Part shown: positions 39,335-53,059 of the stretch, piece by piece | How positions within the stretch are numbered: position 1 is the stretch's first letter | How the letters are laid out: each line of letters opens with the position of its first letter | From: Chlorokybus atmophyticus | Taxonomy: Eukaryota > Plantae > Mesostigma and Chlorokybus algae | DNA: 64,000 nucleotides | NCBI GenBank assembly: GCA_009103225.1 | Contig: RHPI01002119.1 | Span: 186,001 to 250,000 of the forward strand | Reading direction: 5' to 3' | Position numbers and translations under genes: made by a program | Notes under the pieces: model-generated | The model's database searches: none | Told to the model about the DNA's origin: nothing | The model's input: only the letters and a program-made list of their open reading frames with translations

Positions 39335-40519
39335 TCAAACTGGCAGCCCTTGCTTTGGTGCTACTTTGTTTACAACCTGGTTGACGCACAGCATCACACA
39401 TGAAGCAAACCCCAGCTTGGGCCAGACCGTGGTTCAATCAGAGCTATGACCAACTGCTCACCGCTTTGAAGCCGGGAAGGTTGAGTATCCATCCCAACAG
39501 CGGTATCCGCTTCAGGAATAGGAGCACCGTGGGAAAAAAGTCTCTGCACCAGACACAGTTGTGAGCAGTGGTATACAAGCCCTTGAAGTACCAGCCAGCG
39601 TCTAACTGGCTCAGAAGCGAACAACATGCAAATGGTGCCTGCGCTGGCTTGACTCGACATAATAGTTGCTGCTACTTGATTGAAGAGTTGCAACTTGTCA
39701 CAATGTCACAAAGCAACTCACCTGAAGAGAAGGACAAAGCCATAACTTTCAATCAGCATTCCAAAAATGGGATGCAGATACCCGCTCACCACCAACACGA
39801 AGCCCGTAAGAAATGCTGCTGAACCCTGCGGATTGCCCCATAAAGGCATAAGCGCATCAGTAACCCAACGCACTTGAACTGTACGGTTGATTTAACAGCT
39901 CACCGAACCTTGTAATTTCTCCGTTTCATGAAGAACATAAACGTTGGCCTCGGTCCTATTGTGAGTGTCACACCAGACAGGAATAAAATCTAGCAGGCAG
40001 TAAGAGGTCAGCATCAGCGCCTGCTACTGCAGCAAATTTGAGCGTTCACATCCATACATTCTCGCTCACTCACATTGCCCATTGCTAGGAGGCCCTTGTC
40101 AAAAAACATCATCACACCTAGGAAAGTAAATAGAATCCCAAACCCCGTCAGGCCGATGCCGATCTCTGCAAAGGTAAACAGCGTTATGTTTTGCACAACA
40201 GATGCATCATAGGGAGGCACGCGGCAACATAACATGCAAGGCACAGGCTATGTTTGCGGGCATGAATTCGTCAATGCATGCATGAATAGGACAGCGCAGC
40301 GTGGCATACAGGGAATACAGCATGCGCAGAAGACATCACTGTTTCTGCTTAGTAATAAAGTGAGAACCAGCACACGTGCCCTTGTATAATATTTATCTAA
40401 GCATGCAACATATAGCGTATAGCCGTTTTCAATGAGTTTATGTTGCATGATGCAAATGCACAGAATCACAAGCATGCAATCTCTTACTCACTCTTCCTGT
40501 CGTCCATAGCGAACGCCAT
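39335..40519 (-). CDS. GOT1: Got1/Sft2-family Golgi vesicle transport protein
   Basis: Six exons join in frame: MAFAMDDRKEIGIGLTGFGILFTFLGVMMFFDKGLLAMGNILFLSGVTLTIG...FFPTVLLFLKRIPLLG...LPV*. Confidence 0.93.
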
Positions 40520-41057
40520 GCTGTCCTTGACACCCAACCAGCTGGGGTAAGACCAATCGTCGAGCAAACAATAACTAACAACCAACCTCAGCCCTTTTGT
40601 AATGAACTAAAAGCTCTGCTGAGACAAGGCAGCTTCCTTAATGACCGCCTGTTGGCATCCACAGAACAAGCAACCAACAATCTGTAACACCGATTCGCCG
40701 AGAGAGCGTCCACCCTGGCGCAGGAGCCGTCTTTGCTCAACTCTTGGGCGTCAGGAGCGAATACCCACAACCCCGAATTTTCAATTGAATACAGGTTGCA
40801 CACTCGCCAGCATCACAGCCTTGGCTACGCTACGCGTCGTCGTCGCCGCCGCCAGCACTCGCTGCCTCTAACCACCACCAACTGCCACGTGGCACCGATG
40901 TCTTGACACAAACCCCAATTTTTGGTGGCATAATAACGTTATAGCTGAAGAGATCTCTGATTCAAATCTACTGCGAGATAACGTTAGCCCCATTTGGCGC
41001 CAACACCGCCGCCGCCGCTGCCGCGGTGGACGACGTGCCGGCGGCGGCGCCGTCGCC

Positions 41058-44000
41058 ATGGACAGGTGTCATGAGACGCTCCAGGGGTGGTCTCAGACGG
41101 CGCTGAGGCGTGCAGCAGCGCTCGCTGGCGCTGTCCAGGTATAATGTGGTCAATGGCATGTTGGTTTTCGCATGTGCTGCAGGGCGGAGCGTCTGTTGGC
41201 TTCAGTGCAGCTTAGTCTGCGACTTGAGCTCAAAATAGCCAGCAATAGTAGTCACATTGCAAGCCAGTCAGTGTTCCGCTGCTGCATAGCAGTAAAGCAA
41301 TGCATGGTTTGCGTCAACGTCAACGGGTTTCAACACCTAGGTTGCCTCACGTCTTGTCATAGCATGCAGTTGTTCAATGTGTTAGCAAAGGCTTGGTGGT
41401 CCAAATTGTGGCGTAGGGTTTGGTGAATACAGAAACGGTCTATACATGCTTTAGCTTGGTTCGCATGCTTCTAGTAGAAGTACGCTTTGCACATGGTTGC
41501 AACCGTTTGCAGGTGCCACTTGTGCACGCCTGCTTTGTGCATAGCGCCACTGGTCATGAAGCTGATGTGTTGGTCGTAGCTGGCAGGGGCTGCGGGCATT
41601 GGCCGCATACTAGTGCTGGAGCCGCCTGTTCCACACAGAAAGCAGCCGCAACAGAGAAGAGGGCATGCTCAGAGCAGACAGCCACTGTTTGCGTCGCTGT
41701 CAGCTTCTGCCGAAGAGGCAAAGGCGGTGTTGCTTGGGAACGGCCGCCGTCGCAGACGAGGTGGATCAGATGGCAGTGTGGGCATTCAGCACGTGTCAAA
41801 TCCAAAGGCAGACAAAGATAATGAAGAGCGCATGCTTGTTAGTGACATCCAAGTTGCTGTTGAAGGTGCTGAGGTGAGTAGTTGCAAGTAGCACGTTAAC
41901 AACTGTTATCAAGTTATGTTCTCAAGCGCGTGTGACTACATGCCATGTTCCAAGCATTGTATGAAACAGCGGTACTTACCTCATGCGTGTATATGCTCAG
42001 GTCGATCCCCGAGAGGGTCTGGAAGGGGTGGTGAGGAAGGTTATCAACTGCAAGCCCAACTTTAGCTTCACCCTCGGGGAGATCCAAGATGATGTCAACC
42101 GCATCTTCAAGACGGGGTACTTTGGTAGGTGCACTCCGAAAGCGGAGAACACGCGAGACGGCATTCGCCTCACATTCCTGGTAAGATTGACAAGCATGTG
42201 CAACGCATGCAGGTGTAGTCATGCAGGCACAGGTGTGCAAGCGTGCAACCTGTTTGTGTTGCCAGAATTTTTATGGCAGCATCTGTGCTTTGCAAACAAG
42301 TGTCGTTGGCCAGGTACAACCCAACCCGATCCTGAAAGGTGTCATGGTCAATGGTGGCAGCGTGCTGCCCGCCCGTGTCATTGAGGAAGCCTTCAAGACA
42401 GAGTATGGTGTGTTACCACTTCTGTAGTGCTGTCTACCAAGCCTTTACAGGTCAATAGTGGCATGATGCTTTCAAACTGCTTGCAGGAAAGCGCCTCAAT
42501 TTCACACGTATTAGCCGATCAGTAGACAAGCTGAACGACTGGTACAAGAAGCAGGGCTACGTAGGCCAGGTGCTCAATGGAAGCCATCTTGGAATGTGGG
42601 GGTGTATACAGCGCTGCAATGCAGTCATGTCTGCGTGGTTGTCAATGCTGCTTGTGTTGAAGCTTTTGTGCCATGTTTAGGTTATCCGCGAGGAGCTGAT
42701 GCCAGGCGGCATTGTTCGACTTGACACAGCGGAAGCTGTCGTAAATAAAATCAACGTTCAATTCCTTGATAGCAAGACGTAAGCCATCTCTTCAGTGTGT
42801 ACAGTATATACCCTCAGTAGTGCCGAGCATTGGTGCTGTGTTTTGGCTGGCCATGATTGCCACATGTTGTTGCCAATGTGTACATGAACGTGGTGGAGCC
42901 TTGCTATAACCCGAAGAATACTGTTGTTTTGGGTGCCAGTGGAGAACCAACTGAGGGCGAGACAAAGCTTCACGTCATCACTCGGCAGCTTGCAACCAAG
43001 CCAGGCCATGTTTATAATCTGAAGAGGGCCAAGCGGGATCTGGAGGCCATCTACAGTATGGGAATCATGGAGGACGTTAACATCCTGCCATACAACTCTT
43101 CCGAACCAGGTCCGCACTGTCCTGAGTACTGACAAGAGCCACACGCATGCACACGCCCTCTCAACAACCTGTCTTGTATCCGGCTCACACAGGAAAGATT
43201 GACTTGACCCTTAACGTGATGGAAAGGAAAAGAGGCCTGGGCTTGTCTGCCGGTGGTGGTCTGTCAGCAAATGACTTGGTGCGCGGGGCCCTCAAGGGCA
43301 TCTACGGCAGCATGAAGTACTCGCACAACAACCTGTTCGGCCTCAATCAGAAGCTGCTTGTGGCCATTGAGAAGGGTCAGCTTGATTCCGCATATAAGGT
43401 CAACTACACCGATCCATGGGTGGAGGGCGATGCATATCGGACCTCCCGATCAATGTACATTCAAAACACTCAGCGTCCTGGCACAACTGTACACAGCTTT
43501 ACCAATGCCAACAGTATTGACAAGGCCCTCAAGGTACACAGAGCGATGGCCGCAATAGAGTACAGTCGCGCCATCGCCCCTGAATGGACCGGCGTTCTGG
43601 GCTTGCAAGTCCAGCGTGCGTGCATGAAGGATGAGACCGGGCAGTTGCGAACTCACGATCAGTATGGAGGACCTTTGGCTCATAGCAGCTCAGGTCCATA
43701 CAGACGTTCAGGGACAATCATGTTGAAGAACTGATGAACATTAACCTCAGTCAATGCTGCAGCTCTCGATCAACTGCAGTCTGTTAGCACAGACTGGTGT
43801 CCATCTTGGTGACAAGTTCAATCTTGCGCATGGCAGGTGTGGACAAGTATGCACTAGTGCGCGCTGAAGCGCAGTACCGTTCGAACAGGGGCACTCAGTC
43901 ACTGATGCTGTCGTCGGAGGTGGCCGTCCCCGTTGCTCGCGATTGGTTGTGCTTCACCCGGTTCAATGGCAAAGGCGTTAGAGTCATCAACCTCGGCCCA

Positions 44001-44576
44001 TTGACGTGCAACTTGAGTGGGCAAGGTGGACTTGTGATGGGCGATCTTCCACCACATGAGGCTTTCCCTATCGGTGGCGTCAACAGCGTCCGTGGCTACG
44101 ATGAAGGAGCTGTCGGCTCTGGCCGCATGTATGCTGTTGGCAGCGGCGAAGTTGTTGTGCCTTTGGTAAGCCGCTCACATGAGGGATGTCTGCTGGATGC
44201 TGGAGCTGCCTGCATAGTAGCATGCTCAGTGGATTTTGTGTGAGCAGGTGAGCCCGGTGGATGCCACTGTGTTTGTCGACTATGGCACTGATTTGAGGTC
44301 CGGACCCACCGTCGCTGGTAAGCACTACAGCAGCATACAACAGTCTCTGTTCAGTGCAGTTTTGTTGATTTCATGTAGCAGTGCTGCTTTTCTCATCGAC
44401 ACTTACGCAAGGGGGTTGCAGGTGATCCGGCAGGCATCCGTGGCAAACCCGGCACGGGTTACGGTTATGGTGCAGGAGTTAGGCTAGCCTCACCGTTAGG
44501 CCCTCTTAGATTGGAGTATGCTGTCAATGGCGTGGGGGCAAGGCGCTTCCATTTTGGCATTGGCAGCCGCACGTAA
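41058..44576 (+). CDS. OEP80: Plastid outer-envelope Omp85-family protein OEP80/Toc75-V
   Basis: [24 protein letters not shown]...[17 protein letters not shown]...[58 protein letters not shown]...FHFGIG. Stop TAA at 44574-44576. N-terminal exon structure is uncertain. Confidence 0.9.
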
Positions 44577-44899
44577 TGTCCCCTTGTCAAGGGAGTTTTG
44601 GCGTAGACGGTGACATTTTTTCATTCAATTCATCCTTGCGTGGTCATGTTGAGGCATGGATAGAGTTCACACCTTTACTGCGTTTTCTCACTGTGTGTCA
44701 TGTTCGGTACACCAAGCATTACTGCAGTACGGTGGATGGCGATCAAGTGATTGTTATTTGGGGTATGCGCCTGCGATTCTGCTGCACATGCAAATCCTGT
44801 CCATGCCTCATGTGGCGTTGGCAAGGTGTTGGCAGAGGGGGCACGGACAAGAGCACTGTTTACCAACAACAGCAGCAAATGAGGTGACGGGTTTCTCAG

Positions 44900-47779
44900 G
44901 TCACCCGAGATTGGTGCCCCTTGATCTGCGGAGTGTCCATTTGAGAGCAGTCTTGTGTAAGTGACTGCACATTGCCCACGAGAGGTCATGACGTCGATGG
45001 CTCCTATGTGAGTTATGTCACTAGATACCTACCTGGAGGAGAGGCTGATTGTTGGCATCGCGACGAGATCCCTGTACTCCATAACGGCACCAGGCCAGAT
45101 CAAACCTGTAAACATCATGCTTATGGCCTTTGGCACGTCGAGGAGAAGCTTCTCGGTAGGCGTCTTATAGCAAACCACGCAACATCAGTTTTGAGTCAAC
45201 TGCTTCCCGGCACTCACCAGCAGTCACCAAGGCAGGCTGAAGGAGGACTGGTAATAACAACCAACTTCAGGGCGTACCTCATGGAGGTAAGCGCGGCCGA
45301 GCCGTCCGAAATAGCTGGCAATGTATAGCTCAAACACTACTTGCATTAATCCCAACATGAGCACACAGTCAAACAGTGTCCATGCCTAGCACGCAGTGTA
45401 GAACTTGAACACTACTCTGGCGCTCTCACGCCCCAGCTGCCATGGCCACAATGTACAGGAAACCGAGACCGGGATGTGGAACTCGCCGGCGTGCGATCAG
45501 TGGCCATCAACAATGAGATGGGGAAGCTCATCACACCGATGTGCGGGCTATGGTACCTGTGTTTTCAGCAGACGTTGCATGAGCGAGAGCAACAACCACC
45601 TTGACACAGGCGTCTACGCAAACACGCGCATATGTGCATGCATGCGCACGTGTATCGGCGCATATTATACATGCTGACATCATGCATATTGCTATGCGCA
45701 CTTGTGTGCGCGTGTATGGATGTGCGCGTGTACGTGTGGGTTGAAAGCGTTGTACACTTGCGTCGTTGTTAAATAAGGTGACGGAAACAGTGACCACAAA
45801 CTATCCATGCGCTTAGCAATGCGCAGTGGAAAGCCTGAGCTGTACTTAGGTGCGAGCCGCGACATTAACATCTTTTATGTAATACTGAAATCCAACACCT
45901 AACAACTAACACCTAACAACTATCAACTGTCACCTTGCATTGCTGTCCCATGCGCTCACACCCTATTACATGGTCTTGATGTTTCTTCACTCTAACAAGT
46001 TCTGTTACGAAGCAAGTGCGTCGTCACGCATCTCCGGTATCTCTTCTATATCTTCAACCCATTCTCGGTTGCATGCGCTGACCTGAACCACCTAAGTCAG
46101 CACGCTGCATAGTGTTGCCTTGTAGCATGAGCGCAAGTCTCACCGATGCATCATCGCCATCATCGGGTAGCTCCTCCTCATCAACGACCGCTGATGTAGA
46201 TGATGGGGCGGTCTGCATCAAGGCAACGCCAACATGGATGTTACTCCAGTCAGTGCTCTCACCCAGAGCCTGTGTAGATGTCATATTCACATTGATCAGA
46301 GAACGTTACTTTCATGAAGGTTTAAAACATCGCATCTGCATGTTTGCTACTTACATCTCCAGCGGTGCTGGCAACAGCTTTATCAACGACCACTTCCCCC
46401 GGCTTCAAACCCGTCAACCAAACATGGTCGTCACCGTCCCACAACTCAGTTACCTCCTCTTCAATATTGCCATCGGTGGCGACAACCTCACGAGCCTTCT
46501 TCTGAACAACATGCGGGACACAACGTACGGGTACATCCACCTCCGCGACAATGATCTCCTCAATCCAATTGTTTTCAGCCTGTAGGCATAGCCAGTGAGT
46601 GAAGTGAGGATATGCAGTGGCCCACCCCGCAGTGCATGTGTGACATCGATGACGGTGTTGATGAGAGGTGGACCCAAGTGTGCTTCTGCCAGCTGGTGCA
46701 GCGCAACGAGTAGTAACAGGCGCATGAGAGGGAAACAGTGCACGTATGCGGGTGTGGGTGTGGGTGTGGGTGTGGGTGTGGGTGTGGGTGTGGGTGTGGG
46801 TGTGGGTGTGGGTGTGGGTGTGGGTATGGGTGTGGGTGTGTGGTGTGTGGTGGTGGCGGGGGGGGGGGCATGCGTGCTTCACATGGTGTGGCCATGTCCA
46901 TAGCCTTGTCCATTTGTATGCGGCACATGGTGTCTGTTAAGCGACATGGGAGAGGTATGATGGTGTACGCTGACTGACTTGCCAAGCAGCAAGGGGCGTG
47001 CGAGTGAACTGTATTGAAGCAACGAGCACGACCGGACTGACGTGAACTTTGCGCCGAAGATTGCTGATTGAAGGATGGGTAACAGGCATTATTGAGCAAC
47101 AGCGTTGGAAATGGGTGTGCATGCAGACATTGCAACAAAAAGCGACAGTTCTGACAATGCAGGCACTGACTTGCTAATGCACAGTGTTCAACCATTCTTA
47201 CTTGCATGCACGCGGGTGGGTGTATACTCTGAGTCATGAGTTACGCACCTGAGCGGGTGTGAGGCGAGACACCTGCGCCGCACTGGCCGCCACTCCAGCT
47301 TTGCTGCTAAAGTCCACATGCTTCTGCTGCTTCTGCTGCTGCTTGCCTTCCGCCACAGCGTCGTCATAGCCCTCCTCCTCCTCCTCTGCGTCGTCATCCT
47401 CCCCCTCCTCTCCCCTCCTTACCCTGCCGTCTCTAACCTCCCTGGCCGCCCCGGCCTTCCTGGCCGCCGCCGCCCTCACCGCCCGGGCCGCCTCCGCCTC
47501 CTTGGGGTCGGTGTAAGCAAAAACCTCCTCGTTCTTCTTGGCGATGGTGGTCTTGGTGGGCCGCAGGTAGCTGGGGGACGACGCCGAGGAGGTGGAAGGG
47601 AAGGTTGGGGACACCGCCGCCGCTGCAGGAGGAGGAGGAGGTGGAGGAGGGCGGGGGCTCTTGACGGTGAGAGGGGCGGGGCGATGCTGCTTGATGCGGG
47701 TGGAGCTGGAAGAGGAGGGTGACGTGCTGTTTGTCACAGATCTGCGGTCGGCACCTTTGGCGACCAGGCCAGGAGCCAT
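44900..47779 (-). CDS. Multi-exon hypothetical protein with Pro/Ser-rich and acidic N-terminus; 3' end uncertain
   Basis: The first exon is GC-rich and open (MAPGLV...PSYLRPTKTT...EEEEGYDD...PAQ|gt). Further open exon-like segments lie at ~46580-46350, ~46260-46140, ~46085-46010, ~45590-45550, ~45290 and ~45105-45030 with plausible splice sites. No family recognised. Confidence 0.5.
46750..46839. repeat. (GGGTGT)n hexanucleotide microsatellite (intronic)
   Basis: About 15 units read directly. Confidence 0.9.
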
Positions 47780-49473
47780 GCCGGCGGCGCGGCCGCCGCC
47801 GCCGCCGCCGCCGCTGGCGGCAGCGGCCACGAAGCGACACGTGGCAGCAGTCAGCGACGATCACGTGACCCTACTGCTCTACAGTGTATTTGAATGCTGT
47901 GATGTAAGACACTTGAAATGAAGTTTTCCGACGTTTGCCCACTTCAGGCATTTTGTCTGCTAAGCATTCACATTGGCTACATGGCTTTCACACTTGCACC
48001 ATAATCAAGTTCAAAGCTACATTTTGATGTAAGCTACTCATCCTTGAGATGACACTTTGCTTATAGACATTCATATCGCATGAGTTCTTGTTATATATTT
48101 TTTTTCACATGTACAGCCGTGCACGCAGTTACATTGATGCTTTTGTGAAATGACTGTTTTATTAATAATTTTTTAAACCGCTCACATGCTATGTATTGCA
48201 GTAACAGTGATTGTTAACAGACATTTAGGTAAAACAATTTTATGGCATATCATCAATGACTATGGTTACAATTATTTATATGTAAGAATATGTCGCATGT
48301 TGTTTTATATCTATTTATTTAAGTTAGGTATTTTGTATGTTGCACACAACTGTATATGCAACCATATCCATACACAATTATGGTTATGACTTGCATGATG
48401 TTAAAGTTGAAGTTATGCTACTCATGTCTACATACATATGTTAAAAAATTTATGACTTCAATACACAGTAATATTTGGTTGATAACGATGTAAATTGCCG
48501 TTTACACTTATAACATAATCAGTGTATAAAGTTTTCATCTTGAGATGTATATTGCAGAATTCATAGGAGGCAACATATAGCAAGCTACACAGTATACACG
48601 TATTTTACAATTGATACATGCAAGTAAGTGCTTGTTGAGATAACACTTACATAAATGTAACTTATCCACGGTCTAACATTTGCACATATGTCTCAGCCCC
48701 CGTAGTTGTGTATAGCTAAGTTGCTTGCAGTTGCGGTGTTGCTGCTTGAAATCTTAAGTGTTTGCTTGCTTGTTTGCCTATGCAATCTGGCCCCTTTCTC
48801 TACACTACCCTATGTCCCTTTAGGTGGGTGTATTTAAGAAGCGTTAGCATTCATCATCTGCAACTCATTACATCGGCTCAATGCGATGCGTAGATCAACC
48901 TGATCAATGTGCATACATCTCTCAGAAGCAATGTAAAATCATGTCTTCTCTTCCGTTTAGCATTGCGCACCTTGAAGAGGCATAGGCATGTTGATGTTAA
49001 GCACCGCCACAGCGTGCACGGTATACCTTGTCGCCCCGCACTTCTGACTTAATGTACACTGTTTGCATGTGCTTGGCACCGGCACGACGGCAGAGTCGGT
49101 GTACAATGCGGCATGTTTGTGTTGTAATGTGTCAACCAATACCGTTAAAGTCGCACATTGTGTGCAACTTCTTCTCGAGGCCATCTCCTCCATTCATTGC
49201 TGTTGAAAGCGCACGCCATGGGCCTTGACTGCGGTGCTTGCAAGTGGCACAGTGGCATTCAACTACCCTCTGCAAGTTGCAACTCGCCATGAATCAGTCT
49301 ACCGAACCCTGTCATAATGTGCCGGTCTGCTGCTGACGAGCACCACCGCCACGCCTTTCCAACCGTAGCATGTGCGACACTTCCTAACTGCGTCTGCTCA
49401 CCCAAGGAGATGCACACATGGACACATGGGTGCTAGACATAGCTGGCTTTGCAGGCCGCTCTCTCCTTCTCCC

Positions 49474-52400
49474 TCATAGCCATCGCTTGAGCAAGAATGC
49501 CCCGAGCGCGGCGGGTATATTGTCAAGCGGTCTGCGGCCCGGGTGCAGGAAGTTGGCTGCGGTCACCACCTCCGCGTCCTCGTGCAGCCACGCCCTCTCC
49601 TGGGTTGCGTTGTGGTTGTGTGTTCGTTGTATGTGCTCATCAGACCTAGAATACCCAACAACAACCCTTACCTCTGCTAGCCTCCTGCGCAGACCCTCAT
49701 TGCGCGTGAACACTAGCAGCTGGTTCTCCAGGTCTCGCTCCAGCGACCGATAACCTGCATGCGATGTCATAGAAACAAAAGGAGAAGGAGATGGACCGCA
49801 TGCATGTTATACATAGACAACTAGCTAATGTGTGTGCGTACCGAAGTTGGGGCTGCCGATGGCGGTCATGCTGGGCAGCTCCTCCCCAGGCAGCGTGCAC
49901 CATATACCCTGCGCATGAGGAGTTGGTTACCGAATGTGAACAAGAGGCTTGCGAGATTACAGTTGGGTCAGTAACTGTGGCGGACTTACCTTTGCATGGA
50001 AGGTCCAGCCTGGCCTGGCCCACTCCATGATGCGCACCCGACTCAGCGCTGGATCACGCCCTGCATGAGCAGCACAATAGCACACTGGTACAAAAACATG
50101 CACGTGCTCACGCACGCGCACACCCACGGGCACACATACACAGAGCAGCAGCGCTCCGCAGGGCAATGGGTTGACCAGGCAATTCGGTGGATGTGTGTAA
50201 TGCACGCACCAGCTTTCTCGAAGAAGCGCTGCTCAAACAGCGAGTACGCTGGCGGGACCAGCCCCGGGATGCCCTTCGCCCCCGCAAACCCATTCGCCTG
50301 AGCCAACACAACCACTCACAACCACCATCACAACATATGCTTCATATACTCCTACCTCGGGTGCGGCCGTGAGCACGCGGAGACTCTCGCACACACTTCC
50401 AGCCTGCAGCAAGGCGGCCTCGTAGGGTGGGGCGAGGTTGAAGTACGCGCTCGCAACATCCACAACTGATCCTGTTTGCGATGATAGTGTATTTGTGTCG
50501 TGATGAGACTGATGCAGTTTGCAGTGCAAAGGTGTGCTTGCCTTCTGGGGTGTTGGCGAGCGTCTGCAGCACGCACGCCTCATCCTGTCGGATGCCTATC
50601 GGACCCATCTGGACTGTGGGATACTGCAGAGACACACGTACATGTAGTGAGTCATGGCGTAAAAACTCACACTGCATGTCCATCACTCCATTGCAGACAT
50701 TGCGTGAGATTGTGTAAGTTGTGACACACACACCGCCCATGTGTCGCAGCCTTGGGGTAGTGAATGGGTGGATGGCTCTTGTGGTCGGATCAACTTGTTC
50801 ACGCTTGAAGCGAGGGAGGGTTGGAACTCCTGTCAGCAACACAAACAACGCCTCATTACCGTTGTTGCACCGTGCACACACACCTCCACACACCTCATAC
50901 CTGACTCTCTGGATCAGGTGTCCCGGCCGGCAGCACCACGGAGCCATCAGCTTGCAGCTCATAGGAGTGCGCCGCCACTGTGTGTGCGTATGTTTACCCA
51001 CAAAAACAACATGTTCAACTCGCAGGGTGAGACCATACACACTCAAAGGTAGCAGAGACCCTCCTTACCTGTGTCGATGAGGTCGGCCCAACGGTCTGCC
51101 AACTCGGGGGCGTCCCGCACCAGAAAGTAACGGTCTTGCCGGTTGGTGAAGTAGATCGAACTCAGGTTAGCCCTATGGGATGAAAGACACACACAAAGGT
51201 CTTGACTTAACCCTCTAAGTGAACCCACTGTTTCAGTAAGCGCTAGCGAAGCATGTGCCAGTTGTTGCTTGACACACGCAAAACGCAGCGTGTGCGCAAG
51301 GACAGTGAAGCTTGTGTACTCACCTACCCGCTTACCAGCACATTGTCGTCGAAGATGTACACCTTCAAGTGGCTGCAAACGCCACACGACAGCTAACAGT
51401 TGGTACCACTGGCACACGTGTGTGGAAAACACAAAACTGATCTTACCTCACGCCCATGCCTTCGTTGTACTTTGGCGGCAAAATCTGCGCCAGCGCAGCA
51501 TCACATCAACAAACCACACACTCCACTATGTCATTGTGATGAAAGACATAATCCCTCTCTCTCATGCTCTCGCTCACCGCTTTCCAGAGGCCGCGCAGGG
51601 CGGGGGTGCGGTAGAGCGCGACCCTCGCGCGGGGTGGCTTGCGCGGCGGGGAGAGCAAGTTGGCGGCCAACAGGGAGGCGGCGGTGACGGAAGTCCCAAA
51701 CACTGAGTGTGTAAGAGTTGATTAGCTGTTACGGGTCCGTACTATCAACACACCGCACCTGCACTCATACACCCATGCGCATACACGCGCACGCATTAAC
51801 CTTCTTCACCCAACGACTACATGTCAACTACCACAATGTACATGTGATTGGATTACCGTCTTTGGCTGGTCGCATGGCGCGTTGGGCGTCCAGCAGCATT
51901 GTCACATTGAGGTTTGGCCGTGCCGCTGCAGTCGCTGCAAGGTGGGCAACCTGCCCAAACATGCACGTGTGAGTCGACAAGCAGCTGTGTGTTAAGCACA
52001 AGTAGTGTGGTTAGATACTAGCCACACCAGGTTCTGCTCCATTGCGGTGGTGCCAACGTACAGAGAGGCCAGCACAATACGGCTGCGCGCGCTTGAAATG
52101 CCGTCCTGATAACGGAGGGTCAAGCAACAAAGAGTACATTAACAACGCATGCAAACGCAGATGCAAAGCATGCAAATGCAGCTGCACCCATGCGAGGGTT
52201 GCAACTTTCGCGTGGAAGCACGTAACGTAGAGTTCACACAAGTGCATGCGTGACGAAATTGGCTGCCCAGGTTCTAGACCAAATAGGAGGGACAAACGCT
52301 GAATGGCAGATGAGCATGCCAAGCTTTTGCGTAGTGCTCATGTTTAGGGCATGCCATGAGTAACTGCGCACACATGCAAGCAGCACACATACAGACTCTC

Positions 52401-52606
52401 ACACCACATGCTCAGGCATAGGTTTGGCAGAACTGCCCATGCCAACCCAGCCAGCTCACCATGAGTGCTGCAAAGAACTTTGCAGGTCGTCTCAGCACCT
52501 CCACCCTGTCGGCGTTGATCGGGACAGCCGGGGCGAGGTCGACCAGTCCGGACGCCAGCCGGTGGAGGAGGCTGCTGCTCCGCATGGTCGCGGACGACGC
52601 CGGCAT
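49474..52606 (-). CDS. PGS1: CDP-diacylglycerol--glycerol-3-phosphate 3-phosphatidyltransferase, PLD-superfamily (PGS1 type)
   Basis: VEVLRRPAKFF, ARSRIVLASLYVG, MLLDAQRA, VALYRTPALRG, HLKVYIFDDNVLVSGANLSSIYFTNRQDRY, SAYFN, ANGFAGAKG, WTFHAK, IGSPNFG.RSLERDLENQ. Start codon uncertain (52606 or 52585). Confidence 0.92.
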
Positions 52607-52834
52607 GCAGGGGGTTGTAGAGAGAGAAGGCAGCACAGCTGTGCAATGCAGGGAGACAGGCAACGCAGCTGCTGCCGCATGGTGCTCAAGGCCTGGTAGG
52701 GAGGCGGCAGGCACACGATGAGTGTCGGCCGCCTAGTTACGGTGGTCGGTCGCCGTCTGAAACATAACACAAACATTATTAATATTATCTAAAATAAATG
52801 TAGAGAGCTAAATTGCTGACGTTTGACACATGCC

Positions 52835-52924
52835 GTGGCCTTAGCGCAGTCGGTAGCGCGTCAGTCTCATAACTCGCTCGAGTGAGCAATCTGAAGGTCG
52901 TGAGTTCGATCCTCACAGGCCGCA
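52835..52924 (+). tRNA. tRNA-Met (elongator, CAT) with ~17-nt intron
   Basis: Acceptor stem GTGGCCT/AGGCCGC, D-arm GCGC/GCGC, anticodon CAT at 52868-52870, intron ~52872-52888 after position 37, U31-U39 pair typical of eukaryotic elongator Met, T-arm GTGAG TTCGATC CTCAC. Confidence 0.95.
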
Positions 52925-53059
52925 AATGTCGATCAATTCCGACCCGTGGGTATCTTTTATCATCGAGCTGCTCGTCCTCATTGCGATGCAATCGCTTGAG
53001 AGTGGCATCTTTTAGTGTCTCTTGCTTGGGAATGGAAAGCTGAAGTGTCGAGCGGCTAG

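Noticed and set aside
46112-46585. 157-aa plus-strand ORF
   Set aside because: It is antisense to exon-like segments with proper splice sites on the minus strand, and shows no recognisable motif.
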